A stretch of 40,771 nt of DNA, from sequence record PQ999132.1, one strand, 5' to 3'. A model generated the notes under the pieces. That model saw nothing but the letters and a program-made list of their open reading frames with translations, was not told where the DNA came from and ran no database searches. Source of the stretch: Escherichia phage BUCT789. Shown in pieces: positions 16,231-26,083 of this stretch. A program made the position numbers and the translations under genes. Position 1 is the first letter of the stretch; every line of letters starts with the position of its first letter.

Positions 16231-17199
16231 ATGTCTCTGTCAGATATGAAGGTTTATAACGACGACATCGTCGGTACCACTATTGAACTGCTTGGCCAGA
16301 AAACTGACCAGTTTAACGCAGCCTCCGGTGGTGCAATTGTACTGTCTACCGCTTCATGGCGCGGTGACTTCTCCCGTGAGTCTTTCTTTAACCAGATTGC
16401 CTCCGCTAAACGCCGCGTTGACCGTTACGCCGCTATCGCGTCTCAGGCAGCTACCGCGCTGACTCAGGGCGAGCATGTAGGCGTTAAAGTCGCTGGCGGC
16501 TTCGGACCGGTACTGTTCGAGCCTGCGCAAATGACCTGGCTTAACGAAGACCCGGCAAGCGCGATTCGTGCTATTTCCGAAGGCTTCTCTGACGCACTGT
16601 TAGCGGACCAGCTCAACACCGCTGTTGGCGCAGCTGTTGCGGCGGTATCTGGTCAGGCCGCGCTGGTTAACGACGTATCTGCAACCGTGGGTCTGTCCCT
16701 GAACGTGCTGAACAACAGCCACGCTAAATTCGGCGACCAGTCTCAGCTGCTGATTGCCGACATCATGACTGGTGCTGCTTATCACACGCTGGTAGATAAA
16801 GCGCTGACTAACGCAAACCAGCTGTTCGTTGCTGGTAACGTTATGGTTGTCGATGTTCTCGGCAAGCGTTACGTAATCTCTGACATTCCTGCGCTGTACG
16901 AGGCCGGTACTCCGAACAAGACTAAGGTCCTATCCGTAGTTGCAAACGGCATCATCGTTGACAATGCTTCTGACATTATCAGCAACATTGACACCAGCAA
17001 CGGTAACACCCGCATTCAGACCACTTGGCAAGCGGATTACAGCTTCGGCCTGAAACTGAAAGGCTATAGCTGGGATGTTGCCAACGGCGGTAAATCTCCA
17101 CTGGACGCAGAACTGTTCACCGCGACCAACTGGGACAAAGCTGTTGCTGAGAACAAACACACCCTCGGTACTCTGGCAATCGCCGACGCGGACAAGTAA
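16231..17199 (+). CDS. major capsid protein
   Basis: 322 aa; follows scaffold; followed by a strong terminator hairpin. Confidence 0.8.
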   Translation: MSLSDMKVYNDDIVGTTIELLGQKTDQFNAASGGAIVLSTASWRGDFSRESFFNQIASAKRRVDRYAAIASQAATALTQGEHVGVKVAGGFGPVLFEPAQMTWLNEDPASAIRAISEGFSDALLADQLNTAVGAAVAAVSGQAALVNDVSATVGLSLNVLNNSHAKFGDQSQLLIADIMTGAAYHTLVDKALTNANQLFVAGNVMVVDVLGKRYVISDIPALYEAGTPNKTKVLSVVANGIIVDNASDIISNIDTSNGNTRIQTTWQADYSFGLKLKGYSWDVANGGKSPLDAELFTATNWDKAVAENKHTLGTLAIADADK

Positions 17200-17220
17200 T
17201 ACGGTTGGAGTAAAAACAAA

Positions 17221-17240
17221 GGGGCTACGGCCCCTTTTTA
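17221..17240 (+). terminator. rho-independent terminator after the major capsid gene
   Basis: ggggc-tacg-gcccc followed by ttttt. Confidence 0.65.
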
Positions 17241-17256
17241 CTAGGAGAAATTAAAG

Positions 17257-17423
17257 TGGAAATTAAATACGTACCAATGCCGATTACCGTCGAGCAGAAG
17301 CGCGAGTATAACCGTCAGGGGTTTCGTGTGGTAGATGCTCGTTTCGCACCAGAAGGCACCGTGGTAGAATCGACTAAAGAAGAGACACCACGCCGCCAGC
17401 GCCGGGCGAAATCAGAGGAATAA
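17257..17423 (+). CDS. small hypothetical protein (55 aa, GTG start; absent from the ORF track)
   Basis: AGGAG 8 nt upstream of GTG; stop 3 nt before the next ATG. Confidence 0.4.
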
Positions 17424-17426
17424 TTT

Positions 17427-17939
17427 ATGCCGCTAATCGTGGAAGATGGGTCAATAGTACCTGATGCCGACAGTTACGTTAGTCTGGCTGACGCCCGCGC
17501 GTTAGCGGCTAATTATGGTCTGGAGTTGCCCGCGGACGATACCGCCGCAGAGGTGGCCCTGCGCAACGGTGCTACTTATGTCGGGCTTGCTGAACCGCAG
17601 ATGTGTGGCCGTCGCGTATCCGCTGAACAGTCTCTGGCGTACCCCCGCACTGGTGTAACGTTGAATGGTTTCCATGTATCGAACAATGTTATTCCGTCGC
17701 AGTTAATCCGGGCGCAGGTAATCGCCGCGGCTACGTATGGCACAGGTACGGATGTTCGTGCTAACTCTGACGGGCGTTCAGTACAGACGGAGCGTGTCGA
17801 GGGCGCCGTAACAGTGACCTACTTCAACAACGGCAGCAGTGGCGCTACAACCACGATTACCGCTGCGGACGACGCTTTACGCCCGTTGCTGTGTGGCGGT
17901 CTTAACAATGGCTTCTCATTTAATGTGTACCGGGGTTAA
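17427..17939 (+). CDS. head-tail adaptor/connector protein (putative)
   Basis: 170 aa; position between capsid and neck genes. Confidence 0.5.
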   Translation: MPLIVEDGSIVPDADSYVSLADARALAANYGLELPADDTAAEVALRNGATYVGLAEPQMCGRRVSAEQSLAYPRTGVTLNGFHVSNNVIPSQLIRAQVIAAATYGTGTDVRANSDGRSVQTERVEGAVTVTYFNNGSSGATTTITAADDALRPLLCGGLNNGFSFNVYRG

Positions 17940-17941
17940 AA

Positions 17942-18559
17942 ATGGCGAAGACTAAAACAGAGATGTTTACCCTTATCGGTGCAAATCTTCCCGATAACAC
18001 TACTGGTCTTATCACCCCAGCAGCAGCATTGCGCGAGGTAATGACGCAGATGGCTGACTCACCTATTTACGCCACTCCGGGGGTGAAAGAGGTTGAAGTT
18101 CTCCGTGCCGCGTCTACCGTAATACAAGCACCAACAGCGACGAACACGGCGTTGCAGTTAACTTTTGGCTCTGCTCAGGGTAGTGCATCTGACCCGGTAA
18201 TGATTAATGCCGCGGGGCTGGTTACATTCAACACCGCTGGTAACTACGCCGTTCGCATCAAGTTACAGGCAGGGCGCACAGGGGCTAGCGGAACGTCCAT
18301 TCTGTTATCACGCATTCTTCTGAACGGCACTCAGTACGGCTCGCCAGCCGCCACGAAACTGGTAAGCGCGGATACCACAATCCCAATTGAATCGCGCGTC
18401 GTTATTAACCCAACAGCAGGACAGACGTTTGCCGTTCAGATTATGCGAGATGGCGCAGGAAGCAACTTCGGCGGCGTATATCCGCAAGCGGCTACCGTAG
18501 CCGCATGGGGTACTGCACCGTCCGCGCTACTGGTTATTTCGAGACTGGAGGCCGCCTGA
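17942..18559 (+). CDS. hypothetical virion structural protein
   Basis: 205 aa ORF tightly packed in the morphogenesis operon. Confidence 0.55.
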   Translation: MAKTKTEMFTLIGANLPDNTTGLITPAAALREVMTQMADSPIYATPGVKEVEVLRAASTVIQAPTATNTALQLTFGSAQGSASDPVMINAAGLVTFNTAGNYAVRIKLQAGRTGASGTSILLSRILLNGTQYGSPAATKLVSADTTIPIESRVVINPTAGQTFAVQIMRDGAGSNFGGVYPQAATVAAWGTAPSALLVISRLEAA

Positions 18560-18918
18560 TGAGCACCGCTTTCAGTAGACGTATGCAAGGCGTGGGCACA
18601 CGCCTGCTAACCAAATTCGGTAGTACGGTATCTCTTGTTCGCGCCGGATCAAAAGTGTGGGATGAAATCCTCGGCGAGTACGTCTGGTCTGACGATGAAG
18701 AGCTGCCGTTGAAGGCTGTTCCGGTTCCGGTAAACGCGGGACTGGTTAACGGTACGACGATTCAGGCTGGCGACATGATTGTTAAAGCGGATTGCAGTGT
18801 CGTCCCGAAAATGGAAGACAAGGTGCAATTCGGCGGCGAGCAATGGTCTGTCGTAGCCATCGAGAAGAAGATGGTTAACGATGATGTCGTGGCCTACTTT
18901 ATTCAGGTGAGAAAATGA
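18559..18918 (+). CDS. head closure / head-tail joining protein (putative)
   Basis: ATG 18559 overlaps upstream stop (TGATG); track ORF 18505..18918 uses an upstream start. Confidence 0.5.
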   Translation: MSTAFSRRMQGVGTRLLTKFGSTVSLVRAGSKVWDEILGEYVWSDDEELPLKAVPVPVNAGLVNGTTIQAGDMIVKADCSVVPKMEDKVQFGGEQWSVVAIEKKMVNDDVVAYFIQVRK

Positions 18919-19310
18919 GTTTCGCGCTTGATGTCTCTAAGTTCGTGGAAAAGGCGAAGAAGAACCCTGAGAAGGTGATGCGTCAGGTGTCTATCAAACT
19001 GTTTTCCGCTATCATAAAGGCAACGCCAGTTGATACCGGTCGTGCGAGAAATAACTGGTTTGCGTCTGGTGGTACCCCGTCACAGGAAACTACCACCTAC
19101 GGCGCACCGCAAGGAACAGCAACAATCCAGCGTGTTACTGCGGTTATAAACACCGCTACAGACTGGAGCGAGTTCACACTTACCAATAACCTGCCGTATA
19201 TACAGCGTCTGGAGTATGGCTGGTCGCAACAGGCGCCGCAAGGATTTGTCCGGGTGAATATAACGCGTTTCCAGCAACTCATTAACGAAGAAGCCAACAA
19301 GGTGAAATGA
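18915..19310 (+). CDS. tail completion/neck protein, HK97 gp10-like
   Basis: 131 aa; VDTGRARNNW resembles the DTGxLRxS motif of the HK97 gp10 family. Confidence 0.6.
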   Translation: MSFALDVSKFVEKAKKNPEKVMRQVSIKLFSAIIKATPVDTGRARNNWFASGGTPSQETTTYGAPQGTATIQRVTAVINTATDWSEFTLTNNLPYIQRLEYGWSQQAPQGFVRVNITRFQQLINEEANKVK

Positions 19311-19723
19311 TGGGCTACTTTGAGGACTTAACAAAAGCGTTCGACGTGCCGCTGGTAGCCTTCGGAACCGCCAACGGCATCAAGGTTGCGCTTGAAAATA
19401 TCGACGCGCCGACGTCAACAGATACGCCGTATCTGGCGAGCTACATGTTACTGGCTGATACGGAACAGGCTGACTTATTCTTCACCGAGCAACGCTCTGG
19501 TATTTATCAGGTCGACATTAACTACGCATCGGTGAAAGGTAGCGCGCCAATCAATAAAATGGCAGACTTACTTAACACGGCGTTTAAAGCAGGTAAGTCA
19601 TTTTCGCGTAACGACATCTGCGCCGAGGTTCAATCGGTTAGCCTGGGGCCGCTGATTGTAGAAAACGGATGGGCCAAACGGCCATTGTCAATTAACTTTA
19701 TTGCATTCACCAAGAGGCTGTGA
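19307..19723 (+). CDS. tail terminator protein (putative)
   Basis: 138 aa; directly upstream of the major tail protein; ATGA-coupled. Confidence 0.5.
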   Translation: MMGYFEDLTKAFDVPLVAFGTANGIKVALENIDAPTSTDTPYLASYMLLADTEQADLFFTEQRSGIYQVDINYASVKGSAPINKMADLLNTAFKAGKSFSRNDICAEVQSVSLGPLIVENGWAKRPLSINFIAFTKRL

Positions 19724-19725
19724 AT

Positions 19726-20892
19726 ATGGCTACAACTCCTTTTAAGGGCGCGAATACCGCGCAATTCTATGTGGCGGAAGTGACCCCGGGCGTAACACCG
19801 GCTAACCCGGTATGGTCGCCGTTGCGCAACACGGGCGGCGTTCCTGCCATTACCCGCGACACGCTGACCTCCAACGAACTTGACGGCAGCCGAGAAACCA
19901 CATCCATCCGCACCGGTAACAAGCAGGTTAGCGGAGAATACGCTATTGAGCTTAGCTCTAAAAGTCAGGACGACTGGTTAGCCGGGGCTTTAGGCTCTAC
20001 GTGGCAACCCGGCGTTTCCCTGCCAGGACTATCGATTACCGTCGCACCCGCGGGCAAGACGTTCACACGCGCTACCGGCAGTTTTATCACTGACGGAGTT
20101 GGGGTAGGCGACCTGATTGCGTTTACCGATTTAACAGGCGATAACGCAAAACCATTTATTGTTACTGCAGTAACGGCTACGGTTGTTACTGGTGCGGGCA
20201 TCCAACACACCCTGACCACCGAGACAAAAACTAGTAAGGCTAAAACTGGCGACACGTTGGAAACTGGTAACGCGTGTAAGACGTTCTCTATCCTTACCTG
20301 GTACAAAGGCCAGTGCGGCGGTACTGACGCGTACACGTTAACCAAAGGCGTGGAAGTTTCTGGTTTTACCATCGAACAGGCTGTTAACGCGATGGTAACT
20401 GGCAGCTTTCCATTCATCGGTCGCAGTCAGGAGATTCTCACTACGCCGCCGACCGGTTCCAACTTCTCATCTGTTACTTTTGGTGATGAGCCGTTCTCTT
20501 CGGTTGACGTTTCCGTGTTCGACGGCTCTACGCCGTTGCGTTGTGACAGTCTGACTATCACCAACGATAACAGCGCGTCCGCGCAGTTCGAACTTGGTAA
20601 CACTAACGTAGCGTTTGTGGAGCGTAGCCGTGCAGCTAACACCTTCTCCATCTCCGGCAAGCTGTATGACATGGCGATGATCCAGAAGTTTATCAATGAG
20701 CAACAGGTAGAGATTAACTCTATTCTGGCGGGGGTAAACGGGGCTATGTCTTTCAGTTTGAAACGAGCGGAACTTACGGCGGTCACGCCAGAAATATCTG
20801 GCCCGGAATCAATCACTCAGAGCATAGAAGGACAGTCCACAGGCAATCAATATCAATCTTCTATTGTTATCCAGCGTATCACCTACGCATAA
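19726..20892 (+). CDS. major tail protein
   Basis: ATG 19726 with AAGAGG RBS; T/G/V-rich beta-type sequence; strong terminator downstream. Confidence 0.7.
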   Translation: MATTPFKGANTAQFYVAEVTPGVTPANPVWSPLRNTGGVPAITRDTLTSNELDGSRETTSIRTGNKQVSGEYAIELSSKSQDDWLAGALGSTWQPGVSLPGLSITVAPAGKTFTRATGSFITDGVGVGDLIAFTDLTGDNAKPFIVTAVTATVVTGAGIQHTLTTETKTSKAKTGDTLETGNACKTFSILTWYKGQCGGTDAYTLTKGVEVSGFTIEQAVNAMVTGSFPFIGRSQEILTTPPTGSNFSSVTFGDEPFSSVDVSVFDGSTPLRCDSLTITNDNSASAQFELGNTNVAFVERSRAANTFSISGKLYDMAMIQKFINEQQVEINSILAGVNGAMSFSLKRAELTAVTPEISGPESITQSIEGQSTGNQYQSSIVIQRITYA

Positions 20893-20898
20893 AACTAA

Positions 20899-20918
20899 GG
20901 CCCCGAAAGGGGCCTTTT
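20899..20918. terminator. bidirectional rho-independent terminator
   Basis: ggcccc-gaaa-ggggcc with T-runs on both strands; identical 29-nt copy at 32709-32737. Confidence 0.7.
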
Positions 20919-20919
20919 A

Positions 20920-21093
20920 TTATTCTTTCAATTGCATAGGGTAGAAGTTAACGTGTTCCCCTTTATTCTGACGCAGTAAACATTCATCTAACGCATCTTC
21001 CCGACTACTTACAGCATAGATATCATTCCACTCATCCCATTCTTCGTCGAATACTCGGATTACATATATTGTTTTCATTACGGTCTCACTCAT
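20920..21093 (-). CDS. small hypothetical protein (accessory cassette)
   Basis: Minus-strand ORF; likely start at ATG 21093 overlapping the upstream stop. Confidence 0.45.
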   Translation of the reverse strand: MSETVMKTIYVIRVFDEEWDEWNDIYAVSSREDALDECLLRQNKGEHVNFYPMQLKE

Positions 21094-21316
21094 CAATGTT
21101 ACTCCGGTACTCCCGTAACTTCTCCAGGCTTTCAATTGCTTCCGCTAAGTCGGTTCCGGTGTCCTTATGCCCGCGAAGACCCATGCACAATAACTTCTTC
21201 AATGCGTGCTGTAGTGCGGGGTCACGGATGTCGAAGGCACGGAGAACATCGTAAACGTCTACGGTCATAGTGCTGCCGTGAGTGTTTGTCATTGTTCGGT
21301 TGTATTTTGAAGTCAT
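21086..21316 (-). CDS. hypothetical protein (76 aa, accessory cassette)
   Basis: ATGA-coupled to the phosphoesterase gene stop. Confidence 0.5.
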   Translation of the reverse strand: MTSKYNRTMTNTHGSTMTVDVYDVLRAFDIRDPALQHALKKLLCMGLRGHKDTGTDLAEAIESLEKLREYRSNIDE

Positions 21317-22443
21317 CCCAGCATCTCCGGTGAAATAGTTAAACGTGCGACCTCGCCATATTCGGCGCTATAAGTAATTACATTTGCACTACGGCCTGAC
21401 ATCCACCCGCCGCGGGAGGCATAGGCGTCTTTAGCCGCTAAGGTGCGGTGTTGCTCAACAATCATGTTACGGCTTTCTACAATCTTCTGGTGGTGCAGGT
21501 GGCCTACGTGGGCGTAGCTATAGACACTCTCACCGAACGCTTTGCGGAATTTGGCAATCATAACCGGTTCGATAGCATCGAATCGCGCCTTATGCCCGTG
21601 GTGAAAGAACAACGTCGTTTTTCCGTGTTGCACCATCTTGTAAACATCCGGCGACGTATCGACGAACACACGCGGCTCATTATCGTATAGCGTGCTGAAC
21701 ATCTCAGCCAACCAAATCATGCCACTCTCGTCGTGGTTCCCTTGCACAATAAGCAAGCGAACATTTTTATGCTTAACCAGCGCCATATCGACAACACGGC
21801 GGACCATGCGAATCATGTAGCGGACAAGTTTCTGGTAACGGGTGTCGGCGTCAAGGGCGTGACCGCTTGCAGGTGTAACGGCAACCAGACTATCAAAGTG
21901 TGCAAGGTCGCCCAGCAGGTTAATAACCCCTGTTCCAGCATCTGGCGCTTTCTGGAACGCAGCGTCGAACCATCGAGAGAACAGGTCTTCTGCAATCTTC
22001 ATGTCCCAGTCGTCGCCGCTCTCGTCAGCCCATGCCAGCATACCGAGATGGAAATCAGATACCGTGTAAAGATTGAGTAGTTTATCGTCCCGTTTGGCCC
22101 GGATCGCTTTAACAGGCGCGACCGGGGTAATCTCCAACTTCATGCCTTCGATTATGGCTTTCATTAACTCGACCTGACGTTCTGCGTCTGTGTCGGTCTT
22201 AACCCATTGCAACTTGGTGTTGCCAAACTCGTCCACCAGCGACGATGTGCCTTTAATCTTGTAGCCATCTGGTACAAGGTGGCTAACGTCACGCCCGTGG
22301 CCTACACCTTTCTTAGCCAGCTTCGCTTTACGGATACGAATAACTCGGTCTGAGATGCCGTATTTACGGGCGATGTCTACATTCTTCATCCCGGCGTTCA
22401 ATTCTTCCTGTAACTGTTCGTCGGTTATTTTCTTCTGGGCCAT
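21313..22443 (-). CDS. calcineurin-like metallophosphoesterase with N-terminal HTH domain
   Basis: 376 aa; HTH-like DIARKYGISDRVIRI; phosphoesterase motifs DFH, GDLAHFD, GNHDE, HHGH in order. Confidence 0.75.
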   Translation of the reverse strand: MAQKKITDEQLQEELNAGMKNVDIARKYGISDRVIRIRKAKLAKKGVGHGRDVSHLVPDGYKIKGTSSLVDEFGNTKLQWVKTDTDAERQVELMKAIIEGMKLEITPVAPVKAIRAKRDDKLLNLYTVSDFHLGMLAWADESGDDWDMKIAEDLFSRWFDAAFQKAPDAGTGVINLLGDLAHFDSLVAVTPASGHALDADTRYQKLVRYMIRMVRRVVDMALVKHKNVRLLIVQGNHDESGMIWLAEMFSTLYDNEPRVFVDTSPDVYKMVQHGKTTLFFHHGHKARFDAIEPVMIAKFRKAFGESVYSYAHVGHLHHQKIVESRNMIVEQHRTLAAKDAYASRGGWMSGRSANVITYSAEYGEVARLTISPEMLG

Positions 22444-22508
22444 GCTTACTTCCTCGTGTTTAGGATTTGTCCTATTTAACCACAGTGGATTCCTTTAAAT
22501 AAAGGCAA

Positions 22509-22835
22509 CTATTTACTTTCTGCGCCTATCGCCCACCCTGTCATTACCATTTGCAGACGGGTGGCTGTCAGTAGGCTATAGAAAGCATCTCCGTTTTTCT
22601 CTACCGAACGTATCACTGTGTAGGTTACGGCCTGCGGGGGTAGGCCCGATTTACCAACCTCCACGGCGGCCTCACACTCGCGAACTGTAGAGTCCTTGAA
22701 CGCCTTTACAATAGTAGGGTCGGCTTTCTCGAGCACACCAGAAGTCATAAGAACAGATTCACTAAATACCTGTTCGCACGGAGACCCAAAAGTAGCAAAA
22801 GACATAAAACCCAGAGCTAGTACTAATTTACGCAT
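22509..22835 (-). CDS. secreted/periplasmic small protein (signal peptide)
   Basis: 108 aa; N-terminal MRKLVLALGFMSFATFG; has its own conserved promoter. Confidence 0.6.
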   Translation of the reverse strand: MRKLVLALGFMSFATFGSPCEQVFSESVLMTSGVLEKADPTIVKAFKDSTVRECEAAVEVGKSGLPPQAVTYTVIRSVEKNGDAFYSLLTATRLQMVMTGWAIGAESK

Positions 22836-22863
22836 AATTATTTCCTCAGTAAGTTACATGTGA

Positions 22864-22892
22864 ATAGTACCCTATTATATTGGGGTGTGCAA
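22864..22892 (-). promoter_or_regulatory. promoter, TTGCAC-N17-TACTAT (minus strand), for the accessory cassette
   Basis: Reverse complement reads cTTGCACaccccaatataatagggTACTATtcacatg, near-identical to 3749-3777. Confidence 0.55.
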
Positions 22893-22999
22893 GTAGTGTG
22901 CTAGAATAAGTTTGCGCCTAGTGTCGCACACGAAAAGCGGGTGGTTCCCGCCTGGCGCATTAACCATAACCAGTAACCTCTTAACCAAAGGACTAAAGA

Positions 23000-23416
23000 A
23001 TGAAACTTTCTGATTTCTATTTTGCCGACCGCCACGCCGCCGGTACTAAAATGCCTATCCTTCTGCCCAGTGGTAAAGATTCCGGTGAATGGTTGCAGGT
23101 CATCGGCCCCGATTGTGACGCTGGTGTTCGTGCGGGCCGTGCCTACACAACGGCAATTCGACGCCTTACGGAAGAACTTGCGCCATTAGATAAAGAGTGC
23201 GAGGCGCTGAATAACTGGGCGCGCTATAATGATGAGAAGGGCTGGCGGGTGATGGACCTGAACAAGCAGCTTGCCGTGGAAATCGTCACCGGTTGGTCAT
23301 TCGACGAACCATTCAGCAAAGAGGCGCTTGCTAACCTGTTCGACCAGTACAGTGGGTTGGCAGAGGCCGTAGTTAAGCATCACACCGATAGCCGTGAGAA
23401 ACTCTCGGAAAAGTAA
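23000..23416 (+). CDS. tail assembly chaperone (lambda G-like)
   Basis: 138 aa acidic protein directly upstream of the tape-measure gene. Confidence 0.6.
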   Translation: MKLSDFYFADRHAAGTKMPILLPSGKDSGEWLQVIGPDCDAGVRAGRAYTTAIRRLTEELAPLDKECEALNNWARYNDEKGWRVMDLNKQLAVEIVTGWSFDEPFSKEALANLFDQYSGLAEAVVKHHTDSREKLSEK

Positions 23417-23778
23417 AAGCGCTGTATGAATTTGCGCAATGGTGCTTTGTCGACCGCCACAAACGTAAGCAATTCGACGACATCGCGGCGGGCCACCAGG
23501 CGGCTTTGATTGCAATGGGCGTGATTAAAGAACCGCAGATGAAAGAAGCGACGGGGCCGGAATGCCCCGTTTCTCTTATCGACGTGTTCGAGAAATACCG
23601 TGCCATTAAATTCCTACAGCGCGAAACAGATGATACTATCGTTATAATCCCGCGCGATGCGCTCAAATGGCAAGATTTGGTAGCGTTTCGTGATGTCGCC
23701 GGTTACGGCATAAGTTTGTTCGAAGCCGAGGTTATCATGGGCTTAGACGGAATATTTGAGGGCAGAGAAGATGGCTGA
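23000..23778 (+). CDS. tail assembly chaperone long form via putative -1 frameshift (lambda GT-like)
   Basis: The -1 frame is open from 23398 and runs to 23778, overlapping the last 6 codons; candidate slip site G GAA AAG at 23407-23413; the extension overlaps the tape-measure start. Confidence 0.4.
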
Positions 23779-26080
23779 TACGGCTTCCCTAATTGCCAGA
23801 GTAAAAACAGAAGGCGCTGATGTAGCCGCTAAACAGCTTGACGCTATGGCGGCATCCGCAGACCGTGCGGACACATCCGTAAACAAACTAACGCCGGATG
23901 TTAATAAAGTAAACTCCGCTACGTCTAAAGCGGCTTCTGACGGTTTCGCTAAATTCCGTAACGCCGCCGGGCAGGTAGGCTTCCAGGTGCAGGACATGGT
24001 CGTCCAGTTGCAGTCCGGCACGTCTGCATTCGTAGCAATCGGGCAACAAGGCTCTCAGCTTGCGGGTGCTTTCGGCCCTGGTGGCGCGGTGCTTGGGGCT
24101 GTAATTGCTCTCGCATCAGCAATTGGCGGTGTCCTGTATAAATCACTAACGGAGGCCGAAGGTAGCTCAAAAGACCTCGAGGCCGCGCAAAAGCAGTTAA
24201 AAGACACCTTCCAACAAACGGCATCCGGCTCTCTCGAACTGACAGACGGCCTTATCCAGCTTACCCAAATAAGCCGAGAAGCGGCGGAGACTCAACTTGC
24301 TTTGGCTAAGGCTAACGCAGACCTTATCGCGCAGCAAACAGCTAAAGCCGTTCGTGAGGACGCAGAGTCGTGGGAGACGTGGAAAGCCTCCACGGCATCA
24401 GCTATCAGCCAGTACGATGCATTGGTCTCTAAAGGTGCGGATGTAGGCGACACGTTAGAAAAACTCGGTGGCACTTACGAGGGTAACATCGTAGGCGTCA
24501 ACATGCTGGCGCAGAATATCGCAGAGCTTAGCAGTAAGTTTGGGGTTAACCGTGACCAGGCGCTGGAGATGATAGCGGCGCAGAGTGCGTTTAACAAAGA
24601 GCCAACCGCCGAGAATGCCCGTCGCATCGCCGATGTGTTTACCGACTGGCTCGGTAATACAAAACAGTTGAACCCGGAACTTATCCGCCTGACCGACAAT
24701 GCCAACAAGAACGCCACGGCACTGGAGAACGCGGAGAAGTCCGCAAACGCGGCGGCGGAGGCCCAAAAGAATCTTGGTCGTAACGTCAACTCAACAACGC
24801 AGAGATTCCAGGAACAGAACGAAGCTATCGTCAAAAACCAGCAAATCGCTATCTTAAGTGACCGCGAGCGTATCCGTGCGCAAGCTGAACTGGATAAGCA
24901 GGCGTTCGCTAAACGTGAAGCTGTCACCAAAGAACAGATCGCCGCGTATAATGCTGCGCGTGACACGGAAGCACAACAAGACATCGCTCGCATCGACGCT
25001 ACCGAAAAAGCGAAGGCCGACCGCGAGGCCAAATCGAACGAGAAACGGCTGGCGGCACAAGCCAAACGCGAAGAAACGGCGGCTGAACGACAGAAAAAAG
25101 CGGCGGAAGATTTCCTGGCTACTGTCGACCGCACAACCGGAGATGAGATTTCGCGCATTACCGCTGCGGAAGAGCAGAAACTGGCAAAACTGGAAGAGTT
25201 TAACAGAGCTGGGACTATAAGCCAGCAGCAATACGAAAACGCCAGGACGCAGATTATGCTCTCGGCCGAACAGGCCCGCCAGGAAGAACTCGCCAAGCGA
25301 GAGAAAGAACGACAGGAGAAGAACCAGAAAGGCGAAGACTTCATGGCTCAGATTATGGGCCAAAACGCCGCTGAGCTTGAGCTTCTGGAGATTCAGGAGC
25401 AACAAAAACTGGACGTTGCTGACAGGTATCGCGAACAGAATCTGATTAACGAAGAACAGTACCAGGCCGCGGTTAATGCTATAAATGACCAGTACGCGTT
25501 AAAACGTGCTAACGCAACGGGTAACGCTTTTGGCATGATGGCGGATAATATTAAATCGTCGCTTGGCGAAGCGTCTACTGCGTACAAAGCTTTCGCTATT
25601 GCGCAGGCCACTATTGCCACATACACCTCCGCTATAGAGGCTTATAAATCTGCATCGGCTATCCCTATTGTTGGATGGGTGCTCGGGCCTGTAGCCGCCG
25701 CCGCCGCCGTAGCCGCGGGGCTCGCAAACATTGGCAAAATTCGTTCGGCCCGTGAGCAGGGCGGTAACTTAGCTGCAGGTCAGTTATCTACTATCGCGGA
25801 ACGTAACAAGCCAGAAGTTATTATGCCTGCAGGGGCGTCACGCGTCCGTACCGCAGAACAGATGCGCCAGATTATGGGCGAGAACGGCAACAAGTCAGGC
25901 GGTGACAGCGTTACAATCGTCAACAACACCACCGGACGTGTTGATTCCGCCGTTACAGAGCGTGACGACGAAGGGCGGTTACGTGTTATCATCAGCGAAA
26001 CAGTATCGGCGGCGTTACAAGACAGCAACAGTGCAATCTCTAAGTCACGCCGTGCTACACGAAACCAGCCGGGGTATTAA
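23756..26080 (+). CDS. tail tape-measure protein
   Basis: 774 aa; long A/E/K/Q-rich coiled-coil; Gly/Ala-rich hydrophobic segment near C-terminus. Confidence 0.85.
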   Translation: MRAEKMADTASLIARVKTEGADVAAKQLDAMAASADRADTSVNKLTPDVNKVNSATSKAASDGFAKFRNAAGQVGFQVQDMVVQLQSGTSAFVAIGQQGSQLAGAFGPGGAVLGAVIALASAIGGVLYKSLTEAEGSSKDLEAAQKQLKDTFQQTASGSLELTDGLIQLTQISREAAETQLALAKANADLIAQQTAKAVREDAESWETWKASTASAISQYDALVSKGADVGDTLEKLGGTYEGNIVGVNMLAQNIAELSSKFGVNRDQALEMIAAQSAFNKEPTAENARRIADVFTDWLGNTKQLNPELIRLTDNANKNATALENAEKSANAAAEAQKNLGRNVNSTTQRFQEQNEAIVKNQQIAILSDRERIRAQAELDKQAFAKREAVTKEQIAAYNAARDTEAQQDIARIDATEKAKADREAKSNEKRLAAQAKREETAAERQKKAAEDFLATVDRTTGDEISRITAAEEQKLAKLEEFNRAGTISQQQYENARTQIMLSAEQARQEELAKREKERQEKNQKGEDFMAQIMGQNAAELELLEIQEQQKLDVADRYREQNLINEEQYQAAVNAINDQYALKRANATGNAFGMMADNIKSSLGEASTAYKAFAIAQATIATYTSAIEAYKSASAIPIVGWVLGPVAAAAAVAAGLANIGKIRSAREQGGNLAAGQLSTIAERNKPEVIMPAGASRVRTAEQMRQIMGENGNKSGGDSVTIVNNTTGRVDSAVTERDDEGRLRVIISETVSAALQDSNSAISKSRRATRNQPGY

Positions 26081-26083
26081 CCA

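Noticed and set aside
24475-25405. Long minus-strand ORFs (289 aa and 183 aa) antisense to the tape-measure gene
   Set aside because: S/A/C/F-rich low-complexity translations typical of the reverse frame of an A/E/K-rich coiled-coil gene; no starts with RBS.
25660-25700. GCC-rich run (gccgccgccgccgtagccgcg) resembling a simple repeat
   Set aside because: It encodes the Ala/Gly-rich segment of the tape-measure protein; not an independent repeat element or CRISPR array.
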